Below, one piece after another: positions 41,801 through 55,000 of a stretch of DNA of 64,000 nucleotides. Position 1 is the stretch's first letter. The number at the start of each line of letters is the position of its first letter. The stretch lies in NCBI RefSeq assembly GCF_009914755.1, contig NC_060943.1; one strand, given 5' to 3'. The notes beneath the pieces were generated by a model. The model was not told where the DNA came from. It saw nothing but the letters and a program-made list of their open reading frames with translations, and did no database searches. Source of the stretch: the human T2T-CHM13v2.0 reference genome, Homo sapiens. The position numbers and the translations under genes are program-made.

Positions 41801-44800
41801 CACTCTGTTTGTAAAGTCTGCAAGTGGATATTCAGACCTCCTTGAGGCCTTCGTTGGAAACGGGATTTCTTCATATTATGCTAGACAGAAGAATTCTCAG
41901 TAACTTCCTTGTGTTGTGTGTATTCAACTCACAGAGTTGAACGATCCTTTACACAGAGCAGACTTGAAACACTCTTTTTGTGGAATTTGCAAGTGGAGAT
42001 TTCAGCCGCTTTGAGGTCAATGGTAGAAAAGGAAATATCTTCGTATAAAAACTAGACAGAATGATTCTCAGAAACTCCTTTGTGATGTGTGCGTTCAACT
42101 CACAGAGTTTAACCTTTGTTCTCATAGAGCAGTTAGGAAACACTCTGTTTGTAAAGTCTGCAAGTGGATATTCAGACCTCCTTGAGGCCTTCGTTGGAAA
42201 CGGGATTTCTTCATATTATGCTAGACAGAAGAATTCTCAGTAACTTTCTTGTGTTGTGTGTATTCAACTCACAGAGTTGAACGATCCTTTACACAGAGCA
42301 GACTTGAAACACTCTTTTTGTGGAATTTGCAAGTGGAGATTTCAGCCGCTTTGAGGTCAATGGTAGAATAGGAAATATCTTCCTATACAAAGTAGACAGA
42401 ATGATTCTGAGAAACTCCTTTGTGATGTGTGCGTTCAACTCACAGAGTTTAACCTTTCTTTTCATAGAGCAGTTAGGAAACACTCTGTTTGTAAAGTCTG
42501 CAAGTGGATATTCAGACCTCCTTGAGGCCTTCGTTGGAAACGGGATTTCTTCATATTATGCTAGACAGAAGAATTCTCAGTAACTTCCTTGTGTTGTGTG
42601 TATTCAACTCACAGAGTTGAACGATCCTTTACACAGAGCAGACTTGAAACACTCTTTTTGTGGAATTTGCAAGTGGAGATTTCAGCCGCTTTGAGGTCAA
42701 TGGTAGAATAGGAAATATCTTCCTATAGAAACTAGACAGAATGATTCTGAGAAACTCCTTTGTGATGTGTGCGTTCAACTCACAGAGTTTAACCTTTCTT
42801 TTCATAGAGCAGTTAGGAAACACTCTGTTTGTAAAGTCTGCAAGTGGATATTCAGACCTCCTTGAGGCCTTCGTTGGAAACGGGATTTCTTCATATTATG
42901 CTAGACAGAAGAATTCTCAGTAACTTCCTTGTGTTGTGTGTATTCAACTCACAGAGTTGAACGATCCTTTACACAGAGCAGACTTGAAACACTCTTTTTG
43001 TGGAATTTGCAAGTGGAGATTTCAGCCGCTTTGAGTTCAATGGTAGAATAGGAAATATCTTCCTATAGAAACTAGACAGAATGATTCTCAGAAACTCCTT
43101 TGTGATGTGTGCGTTCAACTCACAGAGTTCAACCTTTCTTTTCATAGAGCAGTTGGGAAACACTCTGTTTGTAAAGTCTGCAAGTGGATATTCAGACTTC
43201 TTTGAGGCCTTCGTTGGAAGCGGGATTTCTTCATATTCTGCTAGACAGAAGAATTCTCAGTAACTTCCTTGTGTTGTGTGTATTCAACTCACAGAGTTCT
43301 ACGATCCTTTACACAGAGCAGACTTGAAACACTCTTTTTGTGGAATTTGCAAGTGGAGATTTCAGCCGCTTTGAGGTCAATGGTAGAATAGGAAATATCT
43401 TCCTATAGAAACTAGACAGAATGATTCTCAGAAACTCCTTTGTGATGTGTGCGTTCAACTCACAGAGTTTAACCTTTCTTTTCATAGAGCAGTTAGGAAA
43501 CACTCTGTTTGTAAAGTCTGCAAGTGGATATTCAGACATCCTTGAGGCTTTCGTTGGAAACGGGATTTCTTCATATTCTGTTAGAAAGAAGAATTCTCAG
43601 TAACTTCCTTGTGTTGTGTGTATTCAAGTCACAGAGTTGAACGACCCTTTACACAGAGCAGACTTGAAACACTCTTTTTGTGGAATTTGCAAGTGGAGAT
43701 TTCAGCCGCTTTGAGGTCAATGGTAGAATAGGAAATATCTTCCTATAGAAACTAGACAGAATGATTCTCAGAAACTCCTTTGTGATGTGTGCGTTCAACT
43801 CACAGAGTTTAACCTTTCTTTTCATAGAGCAGTTAGGAAACACTCTGTTTGTAAAGTCTGCAAGTGGATATTCAGACATCTTTGAGGCCTTCGTTGGAAA
43901 CGGGATTTCTTCATGTTCTGCTAGACAGAAGAATTCTCAGTAACTTCCTTGTGTTGTGTGTATTCAAGTCACAGAGTTGAATGATCCTTTACACAGAGCA
44001 GACTTGAAACACTCTTTTTGTGGAATTTCCAAGTGGAGATTTCAGCCGCTTTGAGTTCAATGGTAGAATAGGAAATATCTTCCTATAGAAACTAGACAGA
44101 ATGATTCTCAGAAACTCCTTTGTGATGTGTGCGTTCAACTCACAGAGTTCAACCTTTCTTTTCATAGAGCAGTTGGGAAACACTCTGTTTGTAAAGTCTG
44201 CATGTGGATATTCAGACTTCTTTGAGGCCTTCGTTGGAAGTGGGATTTCTTCATATTCTGCTTGACAGAAGAATTCTCAGTAACTTCCTTGTGTTGTGTG
44301 TATTCAACTCACAGAGTTGAACGATCCTTTACACAGAACAGACTTGAAACACTCTTTTTGTGGAATTTGCAAGCGCAGATTTCAGCCGCTTTGAGGTCAA
44401 TGGTAGAACAGGAAATATCTTCCTATAGAAACTAGACAGAATGATTCTCAGAAACTCCTTTGTGATATGTGCGTTCAACTCACAGAGTTCAACCTTTCTT
44501 TTCATAGAGCAGTTGGGAAACACTCTGTTTGTAAAGTCTGCAAGTGGATATTCAGACTTCTTTGAGGCCTTCGTTGGAAGCGGGATTTCTTCATGTTCTG
44601 CTAGACAGAAGAATTCTCAGAAACTTCCTTGTGTTGTGTGTTTTCAACTCACAGAGTTGAACGATCCTTTACACAGAGCAGACTTGAAACACTCCTTTTG
44701 TGGAATTTGCAAGTGGAGATTTCAGCCGCTTTGAGGTCAATGGTAGAATAGGAAATATCTTCCTATAGAAACTAGACAGAATGATTCTGAGAAACTCCTT

Positions 44801-45020
44801 TGTGATGTGTGCGTTCAACTCACAGAGTTTAACCTTTCTTTTCATAGAGCGGTTAGGAAACACTCTGTTTGTAAAGTCTGCAAGTGGATATTCAGACCTC
44901 CTTGAGGCCTTCGTTGGAAACGGGATTTCTTCATATTATGCTAGACAGAAGAATTCTCAGTAACTTCCTTGTGTTGTGTGTATTCAACTCACAGAGTTGA
45001 ACGATCCTTTACACAGAGCA
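38900..45020 (+). repeat. Tandem duplication of a 9-dimer (3056/3060-bp) block
   Basis: Shared variants: CTCATAG 39065/42121, TAACTTTCTT 39185/42241, CTATACAA 39327/42383, TCAAGTC 40564/43624, TTTCCAAG 40966/44026, AAGCGCAG 41311/44371, GAGCGGTT 41787/44847. Confidence 0.93.
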
Positions 45021-47999
45021 GACTTGAAACACTCTTTTTGTGGAATTTGCAAGTGGAGATTTCAGCCGCTTTGAGTTCAATGGTAGAATAGGAAATATGT
45101 TCCTATAGAAACTAGACAGAATGATTCTCAGAAACTCCTTTGTGATGTGTGCGTTCAACTCACAGAGTTCAACCTTTCTTTTCATAGAGCAGTTGGGAAA
45201 CACTCTGTTTGTAAAGTCTGCAAGTGGATATTCAGACTTCTTTGAGGCCTTCGTTGGAAGCGGGATTTCTTCATATTCTGCTAGACAGAAGAATTCTCAG
45301 TAAATTCCTTGTGTTGTGTGTATTCAACTCACAGAGTTGAACGATCCTTTACACAGAGCAGACTTGAAACACTCTTTTTGTGGAATTTGCAAGTGGAGAT
45401 TTCAGCCGCTTTGAGGTCAATGGTAGAATAGGAAATATCTTCCTATAGAAACTAGACAAAATGATTCTCAGAAACTCCTTTGTGATGTGTGCGTTCAACT
45501 CACAGAGTTTAACCTTTCTTTTCATAGAGCAGTTAGGAAACACTCTGTTGGTAAAGTCTGCAAGTGGATATTCAGACCTCTTTGAGGCCTTGGTTGGAAG
45601 CGGGATTTCTTCATGTTCTGCTAGACAGAAGAATTCTCAGAAACTTCCTTGTGTTGTGTGTTTTCAACTCACAGAGTTGAACGATGCTTTACACAGAGTA
45701 GACTTGAAACACTCTTTTTGTGTAATTTGCAAGTGGAGATTTCATCCGCTTTGAGGTCAATGGTAGAAAAGGAAATATCTTCCTATAAAAACTAGACAGA
45801 ATGATTCTCAGAAACTCCTTTGTGATGTGTGCGTTCAACTCACAGAGTTTAACCTTTCTTTTCATAGAGCAGTTAGGAAACACTCTGTTTGTAAAGTCTG
45901 CAAGTGGATATTCAGACATCTTTGAGGCTTTCGTTGGAAAGGGGATTTCTTCATATTCTGCTAGACAGAAGAATTCTCAGAAACTTCGTTGTGTTGTGTG
46001 TTTTCAACTCACAGAGTTCAACGATCCTTTACACAGAGTAGAGTTGAAACACTCTTTTTGTGGAATTGGCAGGGTGGAGATTTCAGCCGCTTTGAGGTCA
46101 ATGGTAGAAAAGGAAATATCTTCGTATAAAAACTAGACAGAGTGATTCTCAGAAACTCCTTTGTGATGTCTGCGTTCAACTCACAGAGTTTAACCTTTCT
46201 TTTCATAGAGCAGTTAGGAAACACTCTGTTTGTAAAGTCTGCAAGTGGATATTCAGACCTCCTTGAGGCCTTCGTTGGAAACGGGATTTCTTCATATTAT
46301 GCTAGACAGAAGAATTCTCAGAAACTTCCTTGTGTTGTGTGTATTCAACTTACAGAGTTGAGCGATCGTTTACACAGAGCAGACTTGAGACACTCTTTTT
46401 GTGGAATTTGTAAGTGGAGATTTCAGCCGCTTTGAGGTCAATGGAAGAAAAGGAAATATCTTCATATAAAAACTAGACAGAATGATTCTCAGAAACTCCT
46501 TTGTGATGTGTGCGTTCAACTCACAGAGTTTAACCTTTCTTTTCATAGAGCAGTTAGGAAACACTCTGTTTGTAAAGTCTGCAAGTGGATATTCAGACCT
46601 CTTTGAGGCCTTCGTTGGAAACGGGATTTCTTCATATTATGCTAGACAGAAGAATTCTCAGTAACTTCCTTGTGTTGTGTGTATTCAACTCACAGAGTTG
46701 AACGATCCTTTACACAGAGCAGACTTGAAACACTCTTTTTGTGGAATTTGCAAGTGGAGATTTCAGCCGCTTTGAGGTCAATGGTAGAAAAGGAAATATC
46801 TTCGTATAAAAACTAGACAGAATGATTCTGAGAAACTCCTTTGTGATGTGTGCGTTGAACTCACAGAGTTTAACCTTTCTTTTCATAGAGCAGTCAGGAA
46901 ACACTCTGTTTGTAAAATCTGCAAGTGGATATTAAGACCTCCTTGAGGCCTTCGTTGGAAACGGGATTTCTTCATATTATGCTAGACAGAAGAATTCTCA
47001 GTAACTTCCTTGTGTTGTGTGTATTCAACTCACAGAGTTGAACGATCCTTTACACAGAGCAGACTTGAAACACTCTTTTTGTGGAATTTGCAAGTGGAGA
47101 TTTCAGCCGCTTTGAGTTCAATGGTAGAATAGGAAATATCTTCCTATAGAAACTAGACAGAATGATTCTGAGAAACTCCTTTGTGATGTGTGCGTTCAAC
47201 TCACAGAGTTTAACCTTTCTTTTCATAGAGCAGTTAGGAAACACTCTGTTTGTAAAGTCTGCAAGTGGATATTCAGACCTCCTTGAGGCCTTCGTTGGAA
47301 ACGGGATTTCTTCCTATTATGCTAGACAGAAGAATTCTCAGTAACTTCCTTGTGTTGTGTGTATTCAACTCACAGAGTTGAACGATCCTTTACACAGAGC
47401 AGACTTGAAACACTCTTTTTGTGGAATTTGCAAGTGGAGATTTCAGCCGCTTTGAGGTCAACGGTAGAATAGGAAATATCTTCCTATAGAAACTAGACAG
47501 AATGATTCTCAGAAACTCCTTTGTGATGTGTGCGTTCAACTCACAGAGTTCAACCTTTCTTTTCATAGAACAGTTGGGAAACACTCTGTTTGTAAAGTCT
47601 GCAAGTGGACATTCAGACCTCCTTGAGGCCTTCGTTGGAAACGGGATTTCTTCATATTCTGCTAGACAGAAGAATTCTCAGTAACTTCCTTGTGTTGTGT
47701 GTATTCAACTCACAGAGTTGAACGATCCTTTACACAGAGCAGACTTGAAACACTCTTTTTGTGGAATTTGCCAGTGGAGATTTCAGCCGCTTTGAGTTCA
47801 ATGGTAGAATAGGAAATATCTTCCTATAGAAACTAGACAGAATGACTCTCAGAAACTCCTTTGTGATGTGTGCGTTCAACTCACAGAGTCTAACCTTTCT
47901 TTTCATAGAGCAGTTAGGAAACACTCTGTTTGTAAAGTCTGCAAGTGGATATTCAGACTTCTTTGAGGACTTCGTTGGAAGCGGGATTTCTTCGTATTC

Positions 48000-50900
48000 T
48001 GCTAGACAGAAGAATTCTCAGTAACTTCCTTGTGTTGTGTGTATTCAACTCACAGAGTTGAACGATCCTGTACACAGAGCAGACTTGAAACACTCTTTTT
48101 GTGGAATTTGCAAGTGGAGATTTCAGCCGCTTTGAGGTCAATGGTAGAATAGGAAATATCTTCCTATAGAAACTAGACAGAATGATTCTCAGAAACTCCT
48201 TTGTGATGTGTGCGTTCAACTCACAGAGTTTAACCTTTCTTTTCATAGAGCAGTTAGGAAACACTCTGTTTGTAAAGTCTGCAAGTGGATATTCAGACAT
48301 CCTTGAGGCTTTCGTTGGAAACGGGATTTCTTCATATTCTGCTAGAAAGAAGAATTCTCAGTAACTTCCTTGTGTTGTGTGTATTCAACTCACAGAGTTG
48401 AATGATCCTTTACACAGAACAGTCTTGAAACACTCTTTTTGTGGAATTTGCAAGTGGAGATTTCAGCCGCTTTGAGGTCAATGGTAGAATAGGAAATATC
48501 TTCCTATAGAAACTAGACGGAATGATTCTCAGAAACTCCTTTGTGATGTGTGCGTTCAACTCACAGAGTTTAACCTTTCTTTTCATAGAGCAGTTAGGAA
48601 ACACTCTGTTTGTAAAGTCTGCAAGTGGATATTCAGACCTCCTTGAGGCCTTCGTTGGAAACGGGATTTCTTCATATTCTGCTATACAGAAGAATTCTCA
48701 GAAACTTCCTTGTGTTGTGTGTATTCAACTCACAGAGTTGAACGATCGTTTACACAGAGCAGACTTGAGACACTCTTTTTGTGGAATTTGTAAGTGGAGA
48801 TTTCAGCCGCTTTGAGGTCAATGGAAGAAAAGGAAATATCTTCATATAAAAACTAGACAGAATGATTCTCAGAAACTCCTTTGTGATGTGTGCGTTCAAC
48901 TCACAGAGTTTAACCTTTCTTTTCATAGAGCAGTTAGGAAACACTCTGTTTGTAAAGTCTGCAAGTGGATATTCAGACCTCTTTGAGGCCTTCGTTGGAA
49001 ACGGGATTTCTTCATATTATGCTAGACAGAAGAATTCTCAGTAACTTCCTTGTGTTGTGTGTATTCAACTCACAGAGTTGAACGATCCCTTACACAGAGC
49101 AGACTTGAAACACTCTTTTTGTGGAATTTGCAAGTGGAGATTTCAGCTGCTTTGAGGTCAATGGTAGAAAAGGAAATATCTTCGTATAAAAACTAGACAG
49201 AATGATTCTCAGAAACTCCTTTGTGATGTGTGCGTTCAACTCACAGAGTTTAACCTTTCTTTTCATACAGCAGTTAGGAAACACTCTGTTTGTAAAGTCT
49301 GCAAGTGGATATTCAGACCTCCTTGAGGCCTTCGTTGGAAACGGGATTTCTTCATATTATGCTAGACAGAAGAATTCTCAGTAACTTCCTTGTGTTGTGT
49401 GTATTCAACTCACAGATTTGAACGATCCTTTACACAGAGCAGACTTGAAACACTCTTTTTGTGGAATTTGCAAGTGGAGATTTCAGCCGCTTTGAGGTCA
49501 ATGGTAGAAAAGGAAATATCTTCGTATAAAAACTAGACAGAATGATTCTGAGAAACTCCTTTGTGATGTGTGCGTTCAACTCACAGAGTTTAACCTTTCT
49601 TTTCATAGAGCAGTCAGGAAACACTCTGTTTGTAAAGTCTGCAAGTGGATATTCAGACCTCCTTGAGGCCTTCGTTGGAAACGGGGTTTCTTCATATTAT
49701 GCTAGACAGAAGAATTCTCAGTAACTTCCTTGTGTTGTGTGTATTCAACTCACAGAGTTGAACGATCCTTTACACAGAGCAGACTTGAAACACTCTTTTT
49801 GTGGAATTTGCAAGTGGAGATTTCAGCCGCTTTGAGTTCAATGGTAGAATAGGAAATATCTTCCTATAGAAACTAGACAGAATGATTCTCAGAAACTCCT
49901 TTGTGATGTGTGCGTTCAACTCACAGAGTTCAACCTTTCTTTTCATAGAGCAGTTGGGAAACACTCTGTTTGTAAAGTCTGCAAGTGGATATTCAGACTT
50001 CTTTGAGGCCTTCGTTGGAAGCGGGATTTCTTCATATTCTGCTAGACAGAAGAATTCTCAGTAACTTCCTTGTGTTGTGTGTATTCAACTCACAGAGTTG
50101 AACGATCCTGTACACAGAGCAGACTTGAAACACTCTTTTTGTGGAATTTGCAAGTGGAGATTTCAGCCGCTTTGAGGTCAATGGTAGAATAGGAAATATC
50201 TTCCTATAGAAACTAGACAGAATGATTCTCAGAAACTCCTTTGTGATGTGTGCGTTCAACTCACAGAGTTTAACCTTTCTTTTCATAGAGCAGTTAGGAA
50301 ACACTCTGTTTGTAAAGTCTGCAAGTGGATATTCAGACATCCTTGAGGCTTTCGTTGGAAACGGGATTTCTTCATATTCTGCTAGAAAGAAGAATTCTCA
50401 GTAACTTCCTTGTGTTGTGTGTATTCAACTCACAGAGTTGAATGATCCTTTACACAGAACAGTCTTGAAACACTCTTTTTGTGGAATTTGCAAGTGGAGA
50501 TTTCAGCCGCTTTGAGGTCAATGGTAGAATAGGAAATATCTTCCTATAGAAACTAGACGGAATGATTCTCAGAAACTCCTTTGTGATGTGTGCGTTCAAC
50601 TCACAGAGTTTAACCTTTCTTTTCATAGAGCAGTTAGGAAACACTCTGTTTGTAAAGTCTGCAAGTGGATATTCAGACCTCCTTGAGGCCTTCGTTGGAA
50701 ACGGGATTTCTTCATATTCTGCTATACAGAAGAATTCTCAGAAACTTCCTTGTGTTGTGTGTATTCAACTTACAGAGTTGAACGATCGTTTACACAGAGC
50801 AGACTTGAGACACTCTTTTTGTGGAATTTGTAAGTGGAGATTTCAGCCGCTTTGAGGTCAATGGAAGAAAAGGAAATATCTTCATATAAAAACTAGACAG

Positions 50901-52080
50901 AATGATTCTCAGAAACTCCTTTGTGATGTGTGCGTTCAACTCACAGAGTTTAACCTTTCTTTTCATAGAGCAGTTAGGAAACACTCTGTTTGTAAAGTCT
51001 GCAAGTGGATATTCAGACCTCTTTGAGGCCTTCGTTGGAAACGGGATTTCTTCATATTATGCTAGACAGAAGAATTCTCAGTAACTTCCTTGTGTTGTGT
51101 GTATTCAACTCACAGAGTTGAACGATCCCTTACACAGAGCAGACTTGAAACACTCTTTTTGTGGAATTTGCAAGTGGAGATTTCAGCCGCTTTGAGGTCA
51201 ATGGTAGAAAAGGAAATATCTTCGTATAAAAACTAGACAGAATAATTCTCAGAAACTCCTTTGTGATGTGTGCGTTCAACTCACAGAGTTTAACCTTTCT
51301 TTTCATACAGCAGTTAGGAAACACTCTGTTTGTAAAGTCTGCAAGTGGATATTCAGACCTCCTTGAGGCCTTCGTTGGAAACGGGATTTCTTCATATTAT
51401 GCTAGACAGAAGAATTCTCAGTAACTTCCTTGTGTTGTGTGTATTCAACTCACAGATTTGAACGATCCTTTACACAGAGCAGACTTGAAACACTCTTTTT
51501 GTGGAATTTGCAAGTGGAGATTTCAGCCGCTTTGAGGTCAATGGTAGAAAAGGAAATATCTTCGTATAAAAACTAGACAGAATGATTCTGAGAAACTCCT
51601 TTGTGATGTGTGCGTTCAACTCACAGAGTTTAACCTTTCTTTTAATAGAGCAGTCAGGAAACACTCTGTTTGTAAAGTCTGCAAGTGGATATTCAGACCT
51701 CCTTGAGGCCTTCGTTGGAAACGGGATTTCTTCATATTATGCTAGACAGAAGAATTCTCAGTAACTTCCTTGTGTTGTGTGTATTCAACTCACAGAGTTG
51801 AACGATCCTTTACACAGAGCAGACTTGAAACACTCTTTTTGTGGAATTTGCAAGTGGAGATTTCAGCCGCTTTGAGTTCAATGGTAGAATAGGAAATATC
51901 TTCCTATAGAAACTAGACAGAATGATTCTCAGAAACTCCTTTGTGATGTGTGCGTTCAACTCACAGAGTTCAACCTTTCTTTTCATAGAGCAGTTGGGAA
52001 ACACTCTGTTTGTAAAGTCTGCAAGTGGATATTCAGACTTCTTTGAGGCCTTCGTTGGAAGCGGGATTTCTTCATATTCT
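48000..52080 (+). repeat. Tandem duplication of a 6-dimer (2040-bp) block
   Basis: Shared variants: ATCCTGTAC 48065/50105, AGACGG 48515/50555, ATGGAAG 48821/50861, ATCCCT 49085/51125, CATACAG 49264/51304, AGATTTG ~49414/51454, CAGTCAGG 49611/51651. Confidence 0.93.
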
Positions 52081-55000
52081 GCTAGACAGAAGAATTCTCA
52101 GTAACTTCCTTGTGTTGTGTGTATTCAACTCACAGAGTTGAACGATCCTTTACACAGAGCAGACTTGAAACACTCTTTTTGTGGAATTTGCAAGTGGAGA
52201 TTTCAGCCGCTTTGAGGTCAATGGTAGAATAGGAAATATCTTCCTATAGTAACTAGACAGAATGATTCTCAGAAACTCCTTTGTGATGTGTGCGTTCAAC
52301 TCACAGAGTTTAACCTTTCTTTTCATAGAGCAGTTAGGAAACACTCTGTTTGTAAAGTCTGCAAGTGGATATTCAGACATCCTTGAGGCTTTCGTTGGAA
52401 ACGGGATTTCTTCATATTCTGTTAGAAAGAAGAATTCTCAGTAACTTCCTTGTGTTGTGTGTATTCAACTCACAGAGTTGAACGATCCTTTACACAGAGC
52501 AGACTTGAAACACTCTTTTTGTGGAATTTGCAAGTGGAGATTTCAGCCGCTTTGAGTTCAATGGTAGAATAGGAAATATCTTCCTATAGAAACTAGACAG
52601 AATGATTCTCAGAAACTCCTTTGTGATGTGTGCGTTCAACTCACAGAGTTCAACCTTTCTTTTCATGGAGCAGTTGGGAAACACTCTGTTTGTAAAGTCT
52701 GCAAGTGGATATTCAGACTTCTTTGAGGCCTTCGTTGGAAGCGGGATTTCTTCATATTCTGCTAGACAGAAGAATTCTCAGTAACTTCCTTGTGTTGTGT
52801 GTATTCAACTCACAGAGTTGAACAATCCTTTACACAGAGCAGACTTGAAACACTCTTTTTGTGGAATTTGCAAGTGGAGATTTCAGCCGCTTTGAGGTCA
52901 ATGGTAGAATAGGAAATATCTTCCTATAGAAACTAGACAGAATGATTCTCAGAAACTCCTTTGTGATGTGTGCGTTCAACTCACAGAGTTTAACCTTTCT
53001 TTTCATAGAGTAGTTAGGAAACACTCTGTTTGTAAAGTCTGCAAGTGGATATTCAGACATCCTTGAGGCTTTCGTTGGAAACGGGATTTCTTCATATTCT
53101 GTTAGAAAGAAGAATTCTCAGTAACTTCCTTGTGTTGTGTGTATTCAACTCACAGAGTTGAAGGATCCTTTACACAGAGCAGACTTGAAACACTCTTTTT
53201 GTGGAATTTGCAAGTGGAGATTTCAGCCGCTTTGAGGTCAATGGTAGAATAGGAAATATCTTCCTATAGAAACTAGACAGAATGATTCTCAGAAACTCCT
53301 TTGTGATGTGTGCGTTCAACTCACAGAGTTCAACCTTTCTTTTCATAGAGCAGTTAGGAAACACTCTGTTTGTAAAGTCTGCAAGTGGATATTCAGACTT
53401 CTTTGAGGCTTTCGTTGGAAACGGGATTTCTTCATATTCTGCTAGACAGAAGAATTCTCAGAAACTTCGTTGTGTTGTGTGTTTTCAACTCACAGAGTTC
53501 AACGATCCTTTACACAGAGTAGACTTGAAACACTCTTTTTGTGGAATTGGCAGGGTGGAGATTTCAGCCGCTTTGAAGTCAATGGTAGAAAAGGAAATAT
53601 CTTCGTATAAAAACTAGACAGAGTGATTCTCAGAAACTCCTTTGTGATGTCTGCGTTCAACTCACAGAGTTTAACCTTTCTTTTCATAGAGCAGTTAGGA
53701 AACACTCTGTTTGAAAAGTCTGCAAGTGGATATTCAGACCTCCTTGAGGCCTTCGTTGGAAACGGGATTTCTTCATATTCTGCTATACAGAAGAATTCTC
53801 AGAAACTTCCTTGTGGTGTGTATTCAACTCACAGAGTTGAACGATCGTTTACACAGAGCAGACTTGAGACACTCTTTTTGTGGAATTTGTAAGTGGAGAT
53901 TTCAGCCGCTTTGAGGTCAATGGTAGAAAAGGAAATATCTTCATATAAAAACTAGACAGAATGATTCTCAGAAACTCCTTTGTGATGTGTGCGTTCAACT
54001 CACAGAGTTTAACCTTTCTTTTCATAGAGCAGTTAGGAAACACTCTGTTTGTAAAGTCTGCAAGTGGATATTCAGACCTCCTTGAGGCCTTCGTTGGAAA
54101 CGGGATTTCTTCATATTATGCTAGACAGAAGAATTCTCAGTAACTTCCTTGTGTTGTGTGTATTCAACTCACAGAGTTGAACGATCCTTTACACAGAGCA
54201 GACTTGAAACACTCTTTTTGTGGAATTTGCAAGTGGAGATTTCAGCCGCTTTGAGGTCAATGGTAGAATAGGAAATATCTTCCTATAGAAACTAGACAGA
54301 ATATTTCTGAGAAACTCCTTTGTGATGTGTGCGTTCAACTCACAGAGTTTAACCTTTCTTTTCATAGAGCAGTTAGGAAACACTCTGTTTGTAAAGTCTG
54401 CAAGTGGATATTCAGACCTCCTTGAGGCCTTCGTTGGAAACGGGATTTCTTCATATTATGCTAGACAGAAGAATTCTCAGTAACTTCCTTGTGTTGTGTG
54501 TATTTAACTCACAGAGTTGAACGATCCTTTACACAGAGCAGACTTGAAACACTCTTTTTGTGGAATTTGCAAGTGGAGATTTCAGCCGCTTTGAGTTCAA
54601 TGGTAGAATAGGAAATATCTTCCTATAGAAACTAGACAGAATGATTCTCAGAAACTCCTTTGTGATGTGTGCGTTCAACTCACAGAGTTCAAACTTTCTT
54701 TTCATAGAGCAGTTGGGAAACACTCTGTTTGTAAAGTCTGCAAGTGGATATTCAGACTTCTTTGAGGCCTTCGCTGGAAGCGGGATTTCTTCATATTCTG
54801 CTAGACAGAAGAATTCTCAGTAACTTCCTTGTGTTGTGTGTATTCAACTCACAGAGTTGAACGATCCTTTACACAGAGCAGACTTGAAACACTCTTTTTG
54901 TGGAATTTGCAAGTGGAGATTTCAGCCGCTTTGAGGTCAATGGTAGAAAAGGAAATATCTTCGTATAAAAACTAGACAGAATGATTCTCAGAAACTCCTT

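Noticed and set aside
53549-53820. A +1 insertion followed about 260 bp later by a 2-bp deletion, as possible length compensation
   Set aside because: The net change is -1, and the other +1 copies at 46068 and 61706 have no such deletion. The second instance at 57 kb is just the duplicate.
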